Below are positions 1 through 10,710 of a DNA stretch of 64,000 nucleotides, piece by piece. Numbering within the stretch: position 1 is the first letter of the stretch; every line of letters begins with the position of its first letter. The notes under the pieces were generated by a model. It worked only from the letters and a program-made list of their open reading frames with translations. It searched no databases and was not told where the DNA came from. Origin of the DNA: a virus; IMG/VR virus record IMGVR_UViG_3300042398_000969, positions 64,001-128,000 of that record, one strand, 5' to 3'. A program made the translations under genes and the position numbers.

Positions 1-199
1 GTGTCATGATTCTAGGTATAAATCCACCACCAGACCCAATACAAACGCATACCTTGGTTCTCATCTGTTGAATCAATGAATATACAACAATACCATCACC
101 GATATGAAGATCGGTTGCACCGTGTGTCCAACGATATGGTACCGGTTCATCACCATTGTTGGTGATATTGTTTTTTATAAATTCATTATTACTTATCAT
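1..199 (-). CDS. Class I SAM-dependent methyltransferase (N-terminal part, runs off window)
   Basis: Manual translation MISNNEFIKNN...VYSLIQQMRTKVCVCIGSGGGFIPRIMT; Gly-rich motif-I-like segment; ATGA overlap with stop of 196..921. Confidence 0.6.
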   Translation of the reverse strand, partial: MISNNEFIKNNITNNGDEPVPYRWTHGATDLHIGDGIVVYSLIQQMRTKVCVCIGSGGGFIPRIMT

Positions 200-921
200 C
201 TCATCCATCTTGGCCACTGACTTTGTGGTGTATGTCTTCTACTTATACTTATCATCTTACCTTCTAATAACTTATACAATTCAATGTCTCTTTCTATTTC
301 AATATTAGTAGACTTACAACTTATTTGTATTGATATACCTTCTCCGGCACCACTAATTTCTTTTTTTAATGGAAGATCCGAATATTCTTTTACTAGTTGT
401 AGTTTTTCATAATAATAGTAAAATGATTCCATATCAAATCCATCTTTATTAATCACTAAAAAATATTCCCACATTGTTTCAAGATTAAAAAATGGTGGAT
501 ATAATTTAGATGCATATTCGACATATGGTTTCCACTCAGGATTTGTTTCATTAAGTAATTCTTTTACAATTCCTTTTTTTGCACTATGATTCAATAAAGT
601 ATCGATGTACGAAACTCCCTTTTTGAAACTATATGTTTTTAATAATTCTAAGAATGTATAATCTGTGACGTGGGTATCAGCATCAAGTAAGATGCAAATG
701 TCATGATTTTTTAAGATGTATTTTGGTAATATCATCTTGTCTGAATATGATTTTAAGTTCCTATCATATTGAATTGTTGTAACATCAGTAAACTCCTCAG
801 GTTTATCTGTAAGTACATACACAGATAACCCAACACTTAATAAATGTTTGATTTTTTCTTTAGTTCCTCTGTAATAGTAATCTTGACCAAAGCAAAATAT
901 TCCAAATCCTATGTTATTCAT
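196..921 (-). CDS. Putative GT-A fold glycosyltransferase
   Basis: YVLTD motif and DxD motif (ILLDADTHV) typical of GT-A enzymes. Confidence 0.55.
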   Translation of the reverse strand: MNNIGFGIFCFGQDYYYRGTKEKIKHLLSVGLSVYVLTDKPEEFTDVTTIQYDRNLKSYSDKMILPKYILKNHDICILLDADTHVTDYTFLELLKTYSFKKGVSYIDTLLNHSAKKGIVKELLNETNPEWKPYVEYASKLYPPFFNLETMWEYFLVINKDGFDMESFYYYYEKLQLVKEYSDLPLKKEISGAGEGISIQISCKSTNIEIERDIELYKLLEGKMISISRRHTPQSQWPRWMR

Positions 922-925
922 AGGT

Positions 926-956
926 GTAATATAAGAAAAAAAAATAAATTAGTAAA
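926..956 (-). promoter_or_regulatory. Bacteroidota-type promoter directly before ATG
   Basis: Sense TTTA-N19-TATATTAC-ACCT-ATG. Confidence 0.5.
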
Positions 957-1542
957 CTCCCAGATACATTCCGGTAAATAATTGATAATCGGAATAAAGT
1001 CGACCTACACCACCACCCCAATATGGTCTAATACTAACATAATCGCCAACAGATAAATAAATTATGGCATGTACGTGGATTCCATCTACGTGGTTGGCAA
1101 CCGCTCCGTGACCATAAATATTGTATGGTGTTCCACCTTGGTTAAATGCTTCAGATCCATTTTTATTTAATAAATAATGAATATAACCAGATGTACTATT
1201 GTTATCATTATAGTAATATGATTGAGCATAAAAATAATAGTTTCCCTCTAATGGTGCAGTATATCTACCGGTACTATTATTAAAACCATATGAACCCGCG
1301 CCAGTTTGTGTTGATGTCCAACCTAATTGACTCCCCATTTCTCTCCATGCTGTTCCACCAAGACTAGATGAATAAATCCATGTTGCTGCGGTTCCTGTTG
1401 CATAAAATGATGGTTGACCGGCAGCCCGTAAACTATTAGCAACGGTTAGGTTTCCATTTAATGTAAATCCATCACCAAAAGCACCTGTGTTTTGATTAAT
1501 GGTTGATTCTGAGTATGTTGCTGAGCCTACATATATTGCCAT
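949..1542 (-). CDS. C1q/TNF-like domain tail fibre tip protein
   Basis: PSFYA...FNNSTGRYTAPLEGNYYF...IIYLSVGDYVSI...FTGMYL is the gC1q pattern. Confidence 0.75.
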   Translation of the reverse strand: MAIYVGSATYSESTINQNTGAFGDGFTLNGNLTVANSLRAAGQPSFYATGTAATWIYSSSLGGTAWREMGSQLGWTSTQTGAGSYGFNNSTGRYTAPLEGNYYFYAQSYYYNDNNSTSGYIHYLLNKNGSEAFNQGGTPYNIYGHGAVANHVDGIHVHAIIYLSVGDYVSIRPYWGGGVGRLYSDYQLFTGMYLGVY

Positions 1543-1544
1543 AA

Positions 1545-2126
1545 TTAACTAATTAAATAACCACAAAATAATGTGTAACTACCATAAAGACGGCCAATAT
1601 TTCCACCCCAATAAGGAATAATACTAGCATAGTCACCAACACCTAAATTAAATATTGCTGACATGTTTATACCATCTGAGTGATTCGCCAATTCTCCATG
1701 ACCATAGATATTATATGGTGTTCTACCATTGTTCCATGTAACATTACCATTTCTAGCCAATTGATAATGAATATAACCTGAGGTACTATTACTATCAATA
1801 TTATAATACGTTGAGGTATGAAAATAATAATTTCCAGCAACGGGTGCCGTGTATCTACCAGTAGATGTACTAAAACCATAAGACCCCGCACCTTGTTGAG
1901 TTACTCCCCATCCCATTGGTGAACCTAATTCTCTCCAAGCACCTCCTCCACCGAAAGATGCTGGATACAACCAAGCACCACTTCCATTTGCATGAAATGC
2001 GGGTTGAACACCTATCGTTGTTTTATAAGTTGATGGCAAAAAAAGGTTATTCGATATGGCCAATTGACCACCCGCACCAGTTATTTGATTTGCCTCATAT
2101 GTTGTACCACCTAAATAAATTGGCAT
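1545..2126 (-). CDS. C1q/TNF-like domain tail fibre tip protein
   Basis: PAFHA...FSTSTGRYTAPVAGNYYF...LGVGDY...FCGYLI; paralog of 949..1542. Confidence 0.75.
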   Translation of the reverse strand: MPIYLGGTTYEANQITGAGGQLAISNNLFLPSTYKTTIGVQPAFHANGSGAWLYPASFGGGGAWRELGSPMGWGVTQQGAGSYGFSTSTGRYTAPVAGNYYFHTSTYYNIDSNSTSGYIHYQLARNGNVTWNNGRTPYNIYGHGELANHSDGINMSAIFNLGVGDYASIIPYWGGNIGRLYGSYTLFCGYLIS

Positions 2127-2410
2127 TATGCAAAAGGGTTTGTATTGTATCCACCGTCAACATCAGGTTGGAATTGGGCGTCTCTTTCTTCCGCCGACAT
2201 TATATCTGCAGCTAAAACAATTTCTTCTTTTGTCCCTGATATTGTTTGACCCGCTGCCAATTTTTTCTGAACTTCCGCATTTACAATTTCTTCGATTGCA
2301 CTTTGACATCTTGCGTTAACAAAATTTTCAATCCAATCTTGTGGGTCTTTTGCTACCCATCTTAGAGCCTTTTCTTGTGCGTCTGTTAATGTTACTGTGT
2401 ATTGTGCCAT
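2126..2410 (-). CDS. Small C1q-associated protein (putative fibre chaperone/adaptor)
   Basis: Homologous to 15830..16096, which also follows a C1q domain. Confidence 0.55.
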   Translation of the reverse strand: MAQYTVTLTDAQEKALRWVAKDPQDWIENFVNARCQSAIEEIVNAEVQKKLAAGQTISGTKEEIVLAADIMSAEERDAQFQPDVDGGYNTNPFA

Positions 2411-2439
2411 GTTTTTCTTTTTTTATAAATATAAATAAT

Positions 2440-3033
2440 TTATCCGATTTTCCAACACCAAAATGCACTATGTGCTGGATATATTCTGGTATCGTTGGTA
2501 TTGATGTATATTCTTTGGTCTACATAATCACCTGAATTAAGATACATAACTCCCGAAATGTTTATTCCATCAGGATAGTTTGCCGCTGCTCCATATGTGT
2601 AAATGGTATAAGGGGTGTTCCCATTATTCCAACCAAGAGATCCGTTTCTTGCAAATTGGGGGTGTATGTAACCCGCTCCCGTGTTATATGGTGCCGATAT
2701 ATCGTTTAACATATAGTGACTCATCATGAAATGATAATAACCATTACTCGGTGCTGTGAATCTACCCGTACTAGTACTAAAATTAGAACCTCTATCTACT
2801 GCCGACCATCCCATTCTTGAATCTAAGACTTGCCAAGTACCTGGCCCGTTCCAACCTGAACTGTTTGGATATCTCCAATCATAAACACCTCCTTGTGCTC
2901 TTACTAATGACTCAGGTCTACCTTTTCTAACCCAACCCGCCATTGATAAATGCGTGCTAGGTAATGTTAGTGTTCCAGATGTCGGCGTGAATGCACTTTC
3001 AGAATATGTTGAACCTCCAATATCTAATGGCAT
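2440..3033 (-). CDS. C1q/TNF-like domain tail fibre tip protein
   Basis: FSTSTGRFTAPSNGYYHF...MYLNSGDYV; third paralog. Confidence 0.75.
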   Translation of the reverse strand: MPLDIGGSTYSESAFTPTSGTLTLPSTHLSMAGWVRKGRPESLVRAQGGVYDWRYPNSSGWNGPGTWQVLDSRMGWSAVDRGSNFSTSTGRFTAPSNGYYHFMMSHYMLNDISAPYNTGAGYIHPQFARNGSLGWNNGNTPYTIYTYGAAANYPDGINISGVMYLNSGDYVDQRIYINTNDTRIYPAHSAFWCWKIG

Positions 3034-3034
3034 A

Positions 3035-6000
3035 TTAAATTATTTCTGTTAAATCTATTTTGAACTTCTTACCATTCTTATTGTTAATAATATATAAGTT
3101 TTCATTACCTTCCTGTATTGTCCAGTTACCTGTTGTTCCATCTATTTCGTTTCCGCCTTCTTTACCTTCATTACTTAGGTGTAAGTCGTTGGTATATAAG
3201 TTAGCCCATCTAAGCGATGCGTTACCTAAATTGTATGAATTGTTTGCAGATGGTAATAAATTCGTGTGGCTTCTAACGTTACCATCACTAGCACCAATCG
3301 AAAATAATACACTACTTAAATCTTCATTATTATAGAAACGAATACCACCATACCCAGGCTGTGCTCCCATACGAATACCTGTATGCCATCTTAAATCTAA
3401 TTTATTATAGTTACCACCATAATCTTCCATGTTGGTACCAATATAATAATTTCCTTGAGCGTCTGCATCACCACCACCAAACATTAATCTTACACCACCA
3501 GCGATTGCATTATATGCATTTGCCGAATAATTACCACCGATAACCAAATAACCACTTGTAACAGCATTACTTGATAAAGTACCGGTACTACCTGCGGTTG
3601 TTGCAGATGTTGCGGTTGATGCGTTACCTATAAAATTACCACTATTATCGATGTAAGATACATCGGTTCCATTTCTTCTAAACTGAACAATTCTATCTGA
3701 AGAACTGTCAGCAACTATGTACCATCTATTGGCATGATATTGTATTTTTCCTTGTACACCAGGATCACCTGTCCAACTAGAAGAAGCGTTACTTCTGATA
3801 TCAGAACTAGTAATTGTTATAGCACCCGCGCCTCCTGTAAATGTTTTTGCCCCACCGATACTTTGGTCACCAACAGTATAAACTCCGTTTGTTACCGTTC
3901 CAGCATTTCCAGATACACTTGTTTGGTCACCTGTGTTAGTTCCTGAAGAAGACCCACTAAAATTTGCTGCAGCCCAGTTACCACTATCATCACAATATGC
4001 TCCCCACGATCCAGCTTGAGTTAAGAAACCAATCCGGTTAGAGTTACAATGTATTTCGCGTTGTCCCTCATCAGAATCACTCATGTAAATAGAACTAGAT
4101 GTACCAGCCCCAGTTACTGTAAGATATCCACCTACCGTTACACTACCACTACTTGATAAAAATGCACCCGTATTTTGATAAGCGGCAGAACCAAGACCTA
4201 AAAAAGATTGTACTTTAGCTGCAGTTGCAGACCGGTGATAGTTATCACCGAACTTAGCCATGATATGGGTTATAGTACCTGTACTTATATCATCGGTTGT
4301 GTTTACATAACCACCTAAGAAATAACGTGCATATAAATCACCACTACCATCTCTATATGCTATTGTGTTAGCAGTAGCGGCTGCTGTTGGATTATTGAAT
4401 CCTGATATAGAACCTGCAGTTGTTGCACTTGACACAGATTGTGAACCAATATTACCTGAATCAATAATCGTTTTCCAAGCTTGTGATGTGTTAATCGCTG
4501 TAGCATTAAAGCTTCTATAAAAAATTGTTCCTGTTGAATTAAAACCTAATTGACTATAGTAATTACCTGGATGTCTATTAAATGTTATAATACTATTTGA
4601 ATTATCACCTGTTGAAAATAATCCTGTCTCACTACTAACAATTGGAGAACTATGTATTAAAGTTCCACTACCCGCTTGCGTTGTTAATGTGCCAGATGCA
4701 GAAAGTGTTGGTGTGCTACTAGCTGTTGAAGCGTTACCACTTAATGCTCCAGTAAATGTTGTTGCACTTACTGTTGAGAATGTTGGTGTTGAGGTTGTTA
4801 ATACCGCTTGATTTAAATAGGTACCAAATCCTGTTGTTGATGACAATGTAATTTGTGAAGAACCTGATACTAAACCGGATGGTATACTACTAATTGATCC
4901 GAATGTTATTTGAGACGAACCCGATACTATACCAGATGGAATACTCGATAAACTACCATATGTAATTTGACTAGACCCAGATACAACACCATCTGCATTC
5001 ATTTTAGTTTTTACACCACTTGTAAAAGTTGCTGATGTTGTATCAAGACTAATTGTCCGTGTTGCTGATATGTCACCACCTCCACTCAAACCATTACCAG
5101 CACTAATTGATACTGCTGTGTGGTCAATATGTCTATTTGCAACATAATTTGTTGTTGCGTTATGATCAATTTGAGATGAACCAGAAACTATTGTTGTTCC
5201 GGTTGAAGTAATAGTACCGTTAATAACTGTATTAGATAAAATAGTTACCGTTGTTCCATTATCACTAATATTACTATCACCCAAATGTTCCGCATTAACA
5301 GCTTTAAGTAATCTATTATTTGTTGGGAACGCTTCATTACCTAAATTATTATACGTTTGTGGCCCCATCAATAATATTGATGATGTAACCGTTGTTTGAT
5401 TTTGGTGTACAAATATCCATTGGTCGTTTATTGAGTCAAATAAGATTGATCCAGACACTTGTGGTGACGAACCACTATCTATTACAGCAAGACCACCAAA
5501 TCTAATACTTGGGTTTTGCGCGTTAACTGTGATAATATTATCGGCGATGTTTACCACCGATGAACTGATGTGTTGTATCGATGATGAACCGGCAATAATT
5601 AAATCTTGTGAAACATATAGTGAACCAGTAATCGTTTGATTACCTTGAAAAATATTACTTCCTGTTGTTGCGTAACTACCTGTTTTTCCTTCAATAGAGG
5701 TTACTCTACCTTGAATGTTTGATGTTGTTGTAGCAACAGAAGAACTTAATGATCCAATGCTTGAACTTAGTCCTGATGTTGTTGTTGCAACTGAAGAACT
5801 TAAACTTGTAATCGTTGATGTTAAACCGCTGGTTGTTGTTGCAACTGATGAAGATAAACTTCCAATACTACTTGTTAAAGAAGAACTTAAATCATTTGTA
5901 GTTGTTGCAACTGATGAAGATAAACTTCCAATAGATGTACTAACAGAAGAACTAAAAGTATTATATCCGGTTGTTCCTGTTATGTTAACCTGAACACTAC

Positions 6001-7135
6001 CTGATATGACATTTTCAGCGTCTAATTTACTTTTAATAGTTGTATTAATTGAACTAGTAAATGAATTTAAACTACCTGTTGATGTCTCAATTGAATCAAC
6101 TCTATTTTTTAAATTTAATGTTGTTGTTGCAACTGAAGAACTAAGTTCACCAAAACTACTTGTTAAAGATGAACTTAACATTGTTATTGTTGAAGTTATC
6201 CCACTAGTAGTTGTTGCAACTGACCCACTAAGATTATTAATACTATTTGAAATACTTGAACTAAACGTTGAATATCCGGTTGTACCGGTTATATTAACTT
6301 GTGCGGAACCAGATATTACAGATTCAGTATCTAATTTAGATTTAATTGTTGTATTGATGGATGAAGTAAAACTATTTAAACTTCCACTACTTGTTTCTAA
6401 CGCATTTAATCTATTTTCTTGATTTAAATCAGTTGTTGCAATTGAACTTGATAAACTTCCAATACTACTTGTTAAAGATGAACTTAAACTTGTTACCGTT
6501 GATGTTAAACCGCTGGTTGTTGTTGCAATACTTGAACTAAATGTATCATACCCCGTTGTTCCTGTTAATACTACTTGTGCACTACCAGAAATAACATTAT
6601 CACCATCTAATTTTGATTTGATTGTTGTGTTAATAGAAGAAGTAAAACTATTTAAACTTCCTGTTGATGTCTCAAGTGCGGTTACTCTGCTATTATTACT
6701 TGATGTATATGATTGGAATGTTGTTTCATCCAATTTACCTGTACCAATTGCAACACCATTTAATGATATTGATCCACTAATCTGAACAGACCCAGTAAAT
6801 TTGTGGGTATCCATCACATCGTCACCAAATGCGGATGAACCACTAGCAAAACTGGTGGTCATGTAAGTTACTGATGAACTTACAATATATTCGTTAGCAA
6901 TTAAAGCCCCACTAACTGATAAATTACCTTGAATTTGGGTATTTTTATTAACAGTGAATCCTGATGTGGTAATAGATGCTGTAGCGTCTCCACTAGCAAT
7001 TTGTGATAGGTTTAAGCCGGTTACTCCGGAAGCTTGAATTCCGAATAAACCTGAACCATCACCAACAAATGAGCCAGTAAAGGCTGAGGCCGTAACTGAC
7101 CCCGAAATATTGAATAACGAACCGTATAATTCCAT
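3035..7135 (-). CDS. Long tail fibre protein (Ser/Thr-rich shaft)
   Basis: 1366 aa; SGS/TGS repeats; three LETSxGSLNSFTSSINTTIKSKLD units; C-terminal DLHLSNE...DGTTGNWTIQEG domain shared with 8272..10683. Confidence 0.75.
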   Translation of the reverse strand: MELYGSLFNISGSVTASAFTGSFVGDGSGLFGIQASGVTGLNLSQIASGDATASITTSGFTVNKNTQIQGNLSVSGALIANEYIVSSSVTYMTTSFASGSSAFGDDVMDTHKFTGSVQISGSISLNGVAIGTGKLDETTFQSYTSSNNSRVTALETSTGSLNSFTSSINTTIKSKLDGDNVISGSAQVVLTGTTGYDTFSSSIATTTSGLTSTVTSLSSSLTSSIGSLSSSIATTDLNQENRLNALETSSGSLNSFTSSINTTIKSKLDTESVISGSAQVNITGTTGYSTFSSSISNSINNLSGSVATTTSGITSTITMLSSSLTSSFGELSSSVATTTLNLKNRVDSIETSTGSLNSFTSSINTTIKSKLDAENVISGSVQVNITGTTGYNTFSSSVSTSIGSLSSSVATTTNDLSSSLTSSIGSLSSSVATTTSGLTSTITSLSSSVATTTSGLSSSIGSLSSSVATTTSNIQGRVTSIEGKTGSYATTGSNIFQGNQTITGSLYVSQDLIIAGSSSIQHISSSVVNIADNIITVNAQNPSIRFGGLAVIDSGSSPQVSGSILFDSINDQWIFVHQNQTTVTSSILLMGPQTYNNLGNEAFPTNNRLLKAVNAEHLGDSNISDNGTTVTILSNTVINGTITSTGTTIVSGSSQIDHNATTNYVANRHIDHTAVSISAGNGLSGGGDISATRTISLDTTSATFTSGVKTKMNADGVVSGSSQITYGSLSSIPSGIVSGSSQITFGSISSIPSGLVSGSSQITLSSTTGFGTYLNQAVLTTSTPTFSTVSATTFTGALSGNASTASSTPTLSASGTLTTQAGSGTLIHSSPIVSSETGLFSTGDNSNSIITFNRHPGNYYSQLGFNSTGTIFYRSFNATAINTSQAWKTIIDSGNIGSQSVSSATTAGSISGFNNPTAAATANTIAYRDGSGDLYARYFLGGYVNTTDDISTGTITHIMAKFGDNYHRSATAAKVQSFLGLGSAAYQNTGAFLSSSGSVTVGGYLTVTGAGTSSSIYMSDSDEGQREIHCNSNRIGFLTQAGSWGAYCDDSGNWAAANFSGSSSGTNTGDQTSVSGNAGTVTNGVYTVGDQSIGGAKTFTGGAGAITITSSDIRSNASSSWTGDPGVQGKIQYHANRWYIVADSSSDRIVQFRRNGTDVSYIDNSGNFIGNASTATSATTAGSTGTLSSNAVTSGYLVIGGNYSANAYNAIAGGVRLMFGGGDADAQGNYYIGTNMEDYGGNYNKLDLRWHTGIRMGAQPGYGGIRFYNNEDLSSVLFSIGASDGNVRSHTNLLPSANNSYNLGNASLRWANLYTNDLHLSNEGKEGGNEIDGTTGNWTIQEGNENLYIINNKNGKKFKIDLTEII

Positions 7136-7151
7136 TAATTTATAGTTTAAC

Positions 7152-7159
7152 TATAAATA
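7152..7159 (-). promoter_or_regulatory. Putative late promoter TATTTATA (one of about 19 copies)
   Basis: Same motif shortly upstream of many structural gene starts. Confidence 0.6.
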
Positions 7160-7189
7160 CTTGAGATATCGGTTATGGGGCGATATTAT

Positions 7190-7552
7190 TTAAGGTATGA
7201 TCAGTTCTAATGAACCATCCCAAGGATCTGGATTCTCTTGATTTGACCAATCTCTGACCGCATCAATGAAAATACCCATTTTTGTAACCTTTTCTGTGTC
7301 ATTTTCTCTAAGTATATTTGATTGCTTCCATGATGGATAATATTTGAAAATATGTTCCTGAGCAAATTCATTTATTTCAGATTGTTCCCATTCAATATAA
7401 AGTTCTTCATCTGTTTTTGTGTAAACTAAAACAGGTGGGTCTTGATTAAAATCATACACTTGTTTAAGATGTAATAAATCATCTTTACAGGTTATACCTT
7501 TATTTTCTTTTGTACCATTCCATATACAAAGTCCGTATTCTATAATTTTCAT
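7190..7552 (-). CDS. Small protein, probable tail fibre assembly chaperone
   Basis: YPSWKQSN motif; last gene of a fibre cassette. Confidence 0.4.
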   Translation of the reverse strand: MKIIEYGLCIWNGTKENKGITCKDDLLHLKQVYDFNQDPPVLVYTKTDEELYIEWEQSEINEFAQEHIFKYYPSWKQSNILRENDTEKVTKMGIFIDAVRDWSNQENPDPWDGSLELIIP

Positions 7553-7568
7553 ATTAATATATTTTAAA

Positions 7569-8270
7569 TTAATTATTCCCTGTGGTACCTAATCTACCAT
7601 GAAGAATATATACTAAATCTATTATTCTTAACCGACTACGTTCATCGGTATTTCCGCCTAAATTTATTATTCTAAGTGTATCTGTACTTCCAAATAAACC
7701 ATTAAAATGGTTAGATAAACAATACCAACCACCATAAGCACCACCAGCATAAAATTGACCACTAACTCTAAAGTTTGCAAATGTATTAAGGCTATTATTC
7801 CCGTCTAATGTTCTAGGTTCACTATAGTTTGGTGAAGGGTCATTAGTTGTTTGAAATTGGTGATATGCACCGGCTTGAGTGCTTAACATCGCAACGTGTG
7901 TGTATGAATAATTATAACCAGGGTGTGGGCTATCTCCAACACCTAATTGTGCCCATAAAGATGCTTTACCAATATCACCTATAGCCGTTCCGGAGTTATT
8001 TCTTCTTCCATAATTTGTATCATGTAAATTATTATACCAAGTACTATGATGTGGAAACATTGGTATTGTTAAATCAATATATGCATTACCTCCAGCCGCA
8101 GCTCCTGGTGCATAATCACCAGCTGAGGTAAATAATTTTGTATCAGCTGTTGAATTATTATATCTTGGATTTAATGTTATAGTACCAACAGTTGTTGATG
8201 CATGTTGCACAATTGGTATTTGTATTTGCATGTATTGTATTGGTAAATTCGCACTTGATAATATTGCCAT
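7569..8270 (-). CDS. Hypothetical fibre tip / receptor-binding protein
   Basis: Beta-rich Gly/Asn/Tyr composition; directly follows fibre 8272..10683. Confidence 0.45.
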   Translation of the reverse strand: MAILSSANLPIQYMQIQIPIVQHASTTVGTITLNPRYNNSTADTKLFTSAGDYAPGAAAGGNAYIDLTIPMFPHHSTWYNNLHDTNYGRRNNSGTAIGDIGKASLWAQLGVGDSPHPGYNYSYTHVAMLSTQAGAYHQFQTTNDPSPNYSEPRTLDGNNSLNTFANFRVSGQFYAGGAYGGWYCLSNHFNGLFGSTDTLRIINLGGNTDERSRLRIIDLVYILHGRLGTTGNN

Positions 8271-8271
8271 T

Positions 8272-10683
8272 TTATTCTATTATTTTTTCTAATTTTATTT
8301 TAAATTTCTCCCCACTTCTATTGTTTAACATATAGATATCATTCTCACCTTCTTGTAACGTCCAATCACCCCATGTTCCATCAACAACGTTTTGTTTTCC
8401 TTCGTTTGATAGGTGTAAGTCAGTTGTGTATACGTGGTTCCATCTTAGTGATGTGGAACCTAAATTGTGTGTTGCGTCACTAACTGGAAGTATTGCACCT
8501 CTTACATTAACTTCGCCGCTAGATTTTATTATAAATCTATCCGCGTATGCCCCACTACTATAACTTCTAAAATAAAATCCATCGGTTCCCGCACTATCCA
8601 TTCCGAATTGTGTTTTACCAGATGAGTATGATATTGAAAATGAAGATACTCCTGGTTCTGTTATTGAAATTGGGCCATATGTGGTAAATCCACCACCAAT
8701 AGGTGTTCTCCACCTCTCAATCCAAGATGTTCCGTTATGATTCCAATATGATAATTCACCACCGCTACTATTAAAATCAAAACTACCTTTATATGTTCCA
8801 CCAGTATCAAATCCCAAACTTGCCAATGTTGATGAACTTGGTCTTGAACCAATTACAATTGACCTATCATTTAAATCGGACGTTCCGATTGTATTTGGTT
8901 TTACTTGTAATGTACCGGCACCACTTACACTTAATCTTTCTGCAAACGCACCACCAGATGCTTGTGTAAAAAATGATAAACCAATTGCATCGGTACCATT
9001 TTTAGATGCTTGAATTTTAACGGTTCCCGAATCGTATAAAAATCTACCCCAACCGTTATCACCATCTCCACTTGCAATTGTTCCTGAAACTTGTAATGCA
9101 ACTGTTGGTGTTAGATATCCCACACCAACTTTCCCATCTCTTAGAACAGAGAATCTACTTGTGTATGCACTACCGTTATAATATCTTAAATTAAGTATTC
9201 TATCTAAATCATTTGCCCCTTGTATATCAACAATCAAACCAATATCTTGGTTTCCATTACCTCCAGCGGTTGTTTGTCTAACTATTAAAGAAGTTCCATT
9301 TGTTGCAAATGGTTTGTTAAAATATCCAGATTGTGCTGTTAGTGATAAATTAAATGTGACATCACCGGCTGGCGTTATTTGATATGAATATACCTCATTT
9401 GTGTTATTATAAAGACCAAAATTACCATTATTTAAACTATATAGGTGCCAATCTCTACCTGTTGTACTTGTTGTATTGTTTATTCTAACACTTGCGGATG
9501 TACCAGTACCTACCGATGTTACAGACCCACTAACAATTTGATTATTTGTAAAAGTGTTTGAACCAGTTGTTGCCAACCGAGCTATATTTGTTGTTGACAT
9601 CACATCAACTTGAACACTACCAGATACAACCGATATACCATTAAAGAATGATCCAGAATGGATTGTTGTTCCGTTTAGCACTTGTGAACTTCCTGATACA
9701 ACTCCACTCGGTAAATTGGCAATTGTTTGTGCTGAGCTAGATACCAATCCCGAAGGTAACTGAGCACTACCACTAACAATACCACTTGGTACCCCACTTA
9801 ATCCACTATATGTGATTTGAGACGATCCTGAGACCAATCCTGAACCAGGAACACTAATACTTCCACTAACGGTTAAGCTCCCTGTAAATGAATGTGTGTC
9901 ACCTAATTCGTCACCAAATTTTGTACTACCACTTCTATATAAAATCGAACTACTAATATATGTTGTTCTTAATTCTTGTGTTTCAATAAATCCAGTCACA
10001 ACTAATGAACCAGTCATTGTTACACTATTACCAAACTGAATAGCATTACCATCAGATGATAATACCTTGTTACCCGCATAAATTGTTGTTGTACCTTTAA
10101 GTGCAATAACACCTGTTGTTGGGTCTAATATAACATCACCACCGCCCGACGTTGCAAGTGTAATGTTTCCGTCGGCTGCTTGTAATGTAATTGTATCTGA
10201 ACCAGCTTCTAATATTTTAAATGATTGTCCAGCATCTGTTGTTATTTGAAGTTCCTGTGTTGTACTTCCTAATACCTTTGTTCCATCGATATATAATGAT
10301 GCAGATGATAAATATAAGTGTCTAAATTCATGTGTTGACGAACCTAAATCATAGGTACCATTAACAGCCGGTACAATTGAACCAGATATTGTTTGGTTAC
10401 CAACAAACACATTAGAACTAGTGGTTGCCATCATCCCTTTTATTGAAGATGAGACGTCGTTCATTGATGTCATCATTGATGACGATAAACTACCTATACT
10501 TGAGGTCAATGACGAAGATAAACTTGTCATAGATGACGCCATTGATGATGATAGTTGACCAATACTTGCCGATACGGAAGATGATACACTTGTAACCGTA
10601 GATGCTACGGATGACGATATTGATGTAATGTTTTCCCCACCACTTTGGAGAGAACCTGTAACTAAGAGATTATGGACTTTCAT
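8272..10683 (-). CDS. Tail fibre protein
   Basis: ~200-aa module shared with 14149..15807 and 16120..19086; beta-shaft repeats; C-terminal DLHLSNE...WTLQEGE domain. Confidence 0.75.
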   Translation of the reverse strand: MKVHNLLVTGSLQSGGENITSISSSVASTVTSVSSSVSASIGQLSSSMASSMTSLSSSLTSSIGSLSSSMMTSMNDVSSSIKGMMATTSSNVFVGNQTISGSIVPAVNGTYDLGSSTHEFRHLYLSSASLYIDGTKVLGSTTQELQITTDAGQSFKILEAGSDTITLQAADGNITLATSGGGDVILDPTTGVIALKGTTTIYAGNKVLSSDGNAIQFGNSVTMTGSLVVTGFIETQELRTTYISSSILYRSGSTKFGDELGDTHSFTGSLTVSGSISVPGSGLVSGSSQITYSGLSGVPSGIVSGSAQLPSGLVSSSAQTIANLPSGVVSGSSQVLNGTTIHSGSFFNGISVVSGSVQVDVMSTTNIARLATTGSNTFTNNQIVSGSVTSVGTGTSASVRINNTTSTTGRDWHLYSLNNGNFGLYNNTNEVYSYQITPAGDVTFNLSLTAQSGYFNKPFATNGTSLIVRQTTAGGNGNQDIGLIVDIQGANDLDRILNLRYYNGSAYTSRFSVLRDGKVGVGYLTPTVALQVSGTIASGDGDNGWGRFLYDSGTVKIQASKNGTDAIGLSFFTQASGGAFAERLSVSGAGTLQVKPNTIGTSDLNDRSIVIGSRPSSSTLASLGFDTGGTYKGSFDFNSSGGELSYWNHNGTSWIERWRTPIGGGFTTYGPISITEPGVSSFSISYSSGKTQFGMDSAGTDGFYFRSYSSGAYADRFIIKSSGEVNVRGAILPVSDATHNLGSTSLRWNHVYTTDLHLSNEGKQNVVDGTWGDWTLQEGENDIYMLNNRSGEKFKIKLEKIIE

Positions 10684-10710
10684 ATGTAAATAAATAGTCC
10701 GATTGACCGA

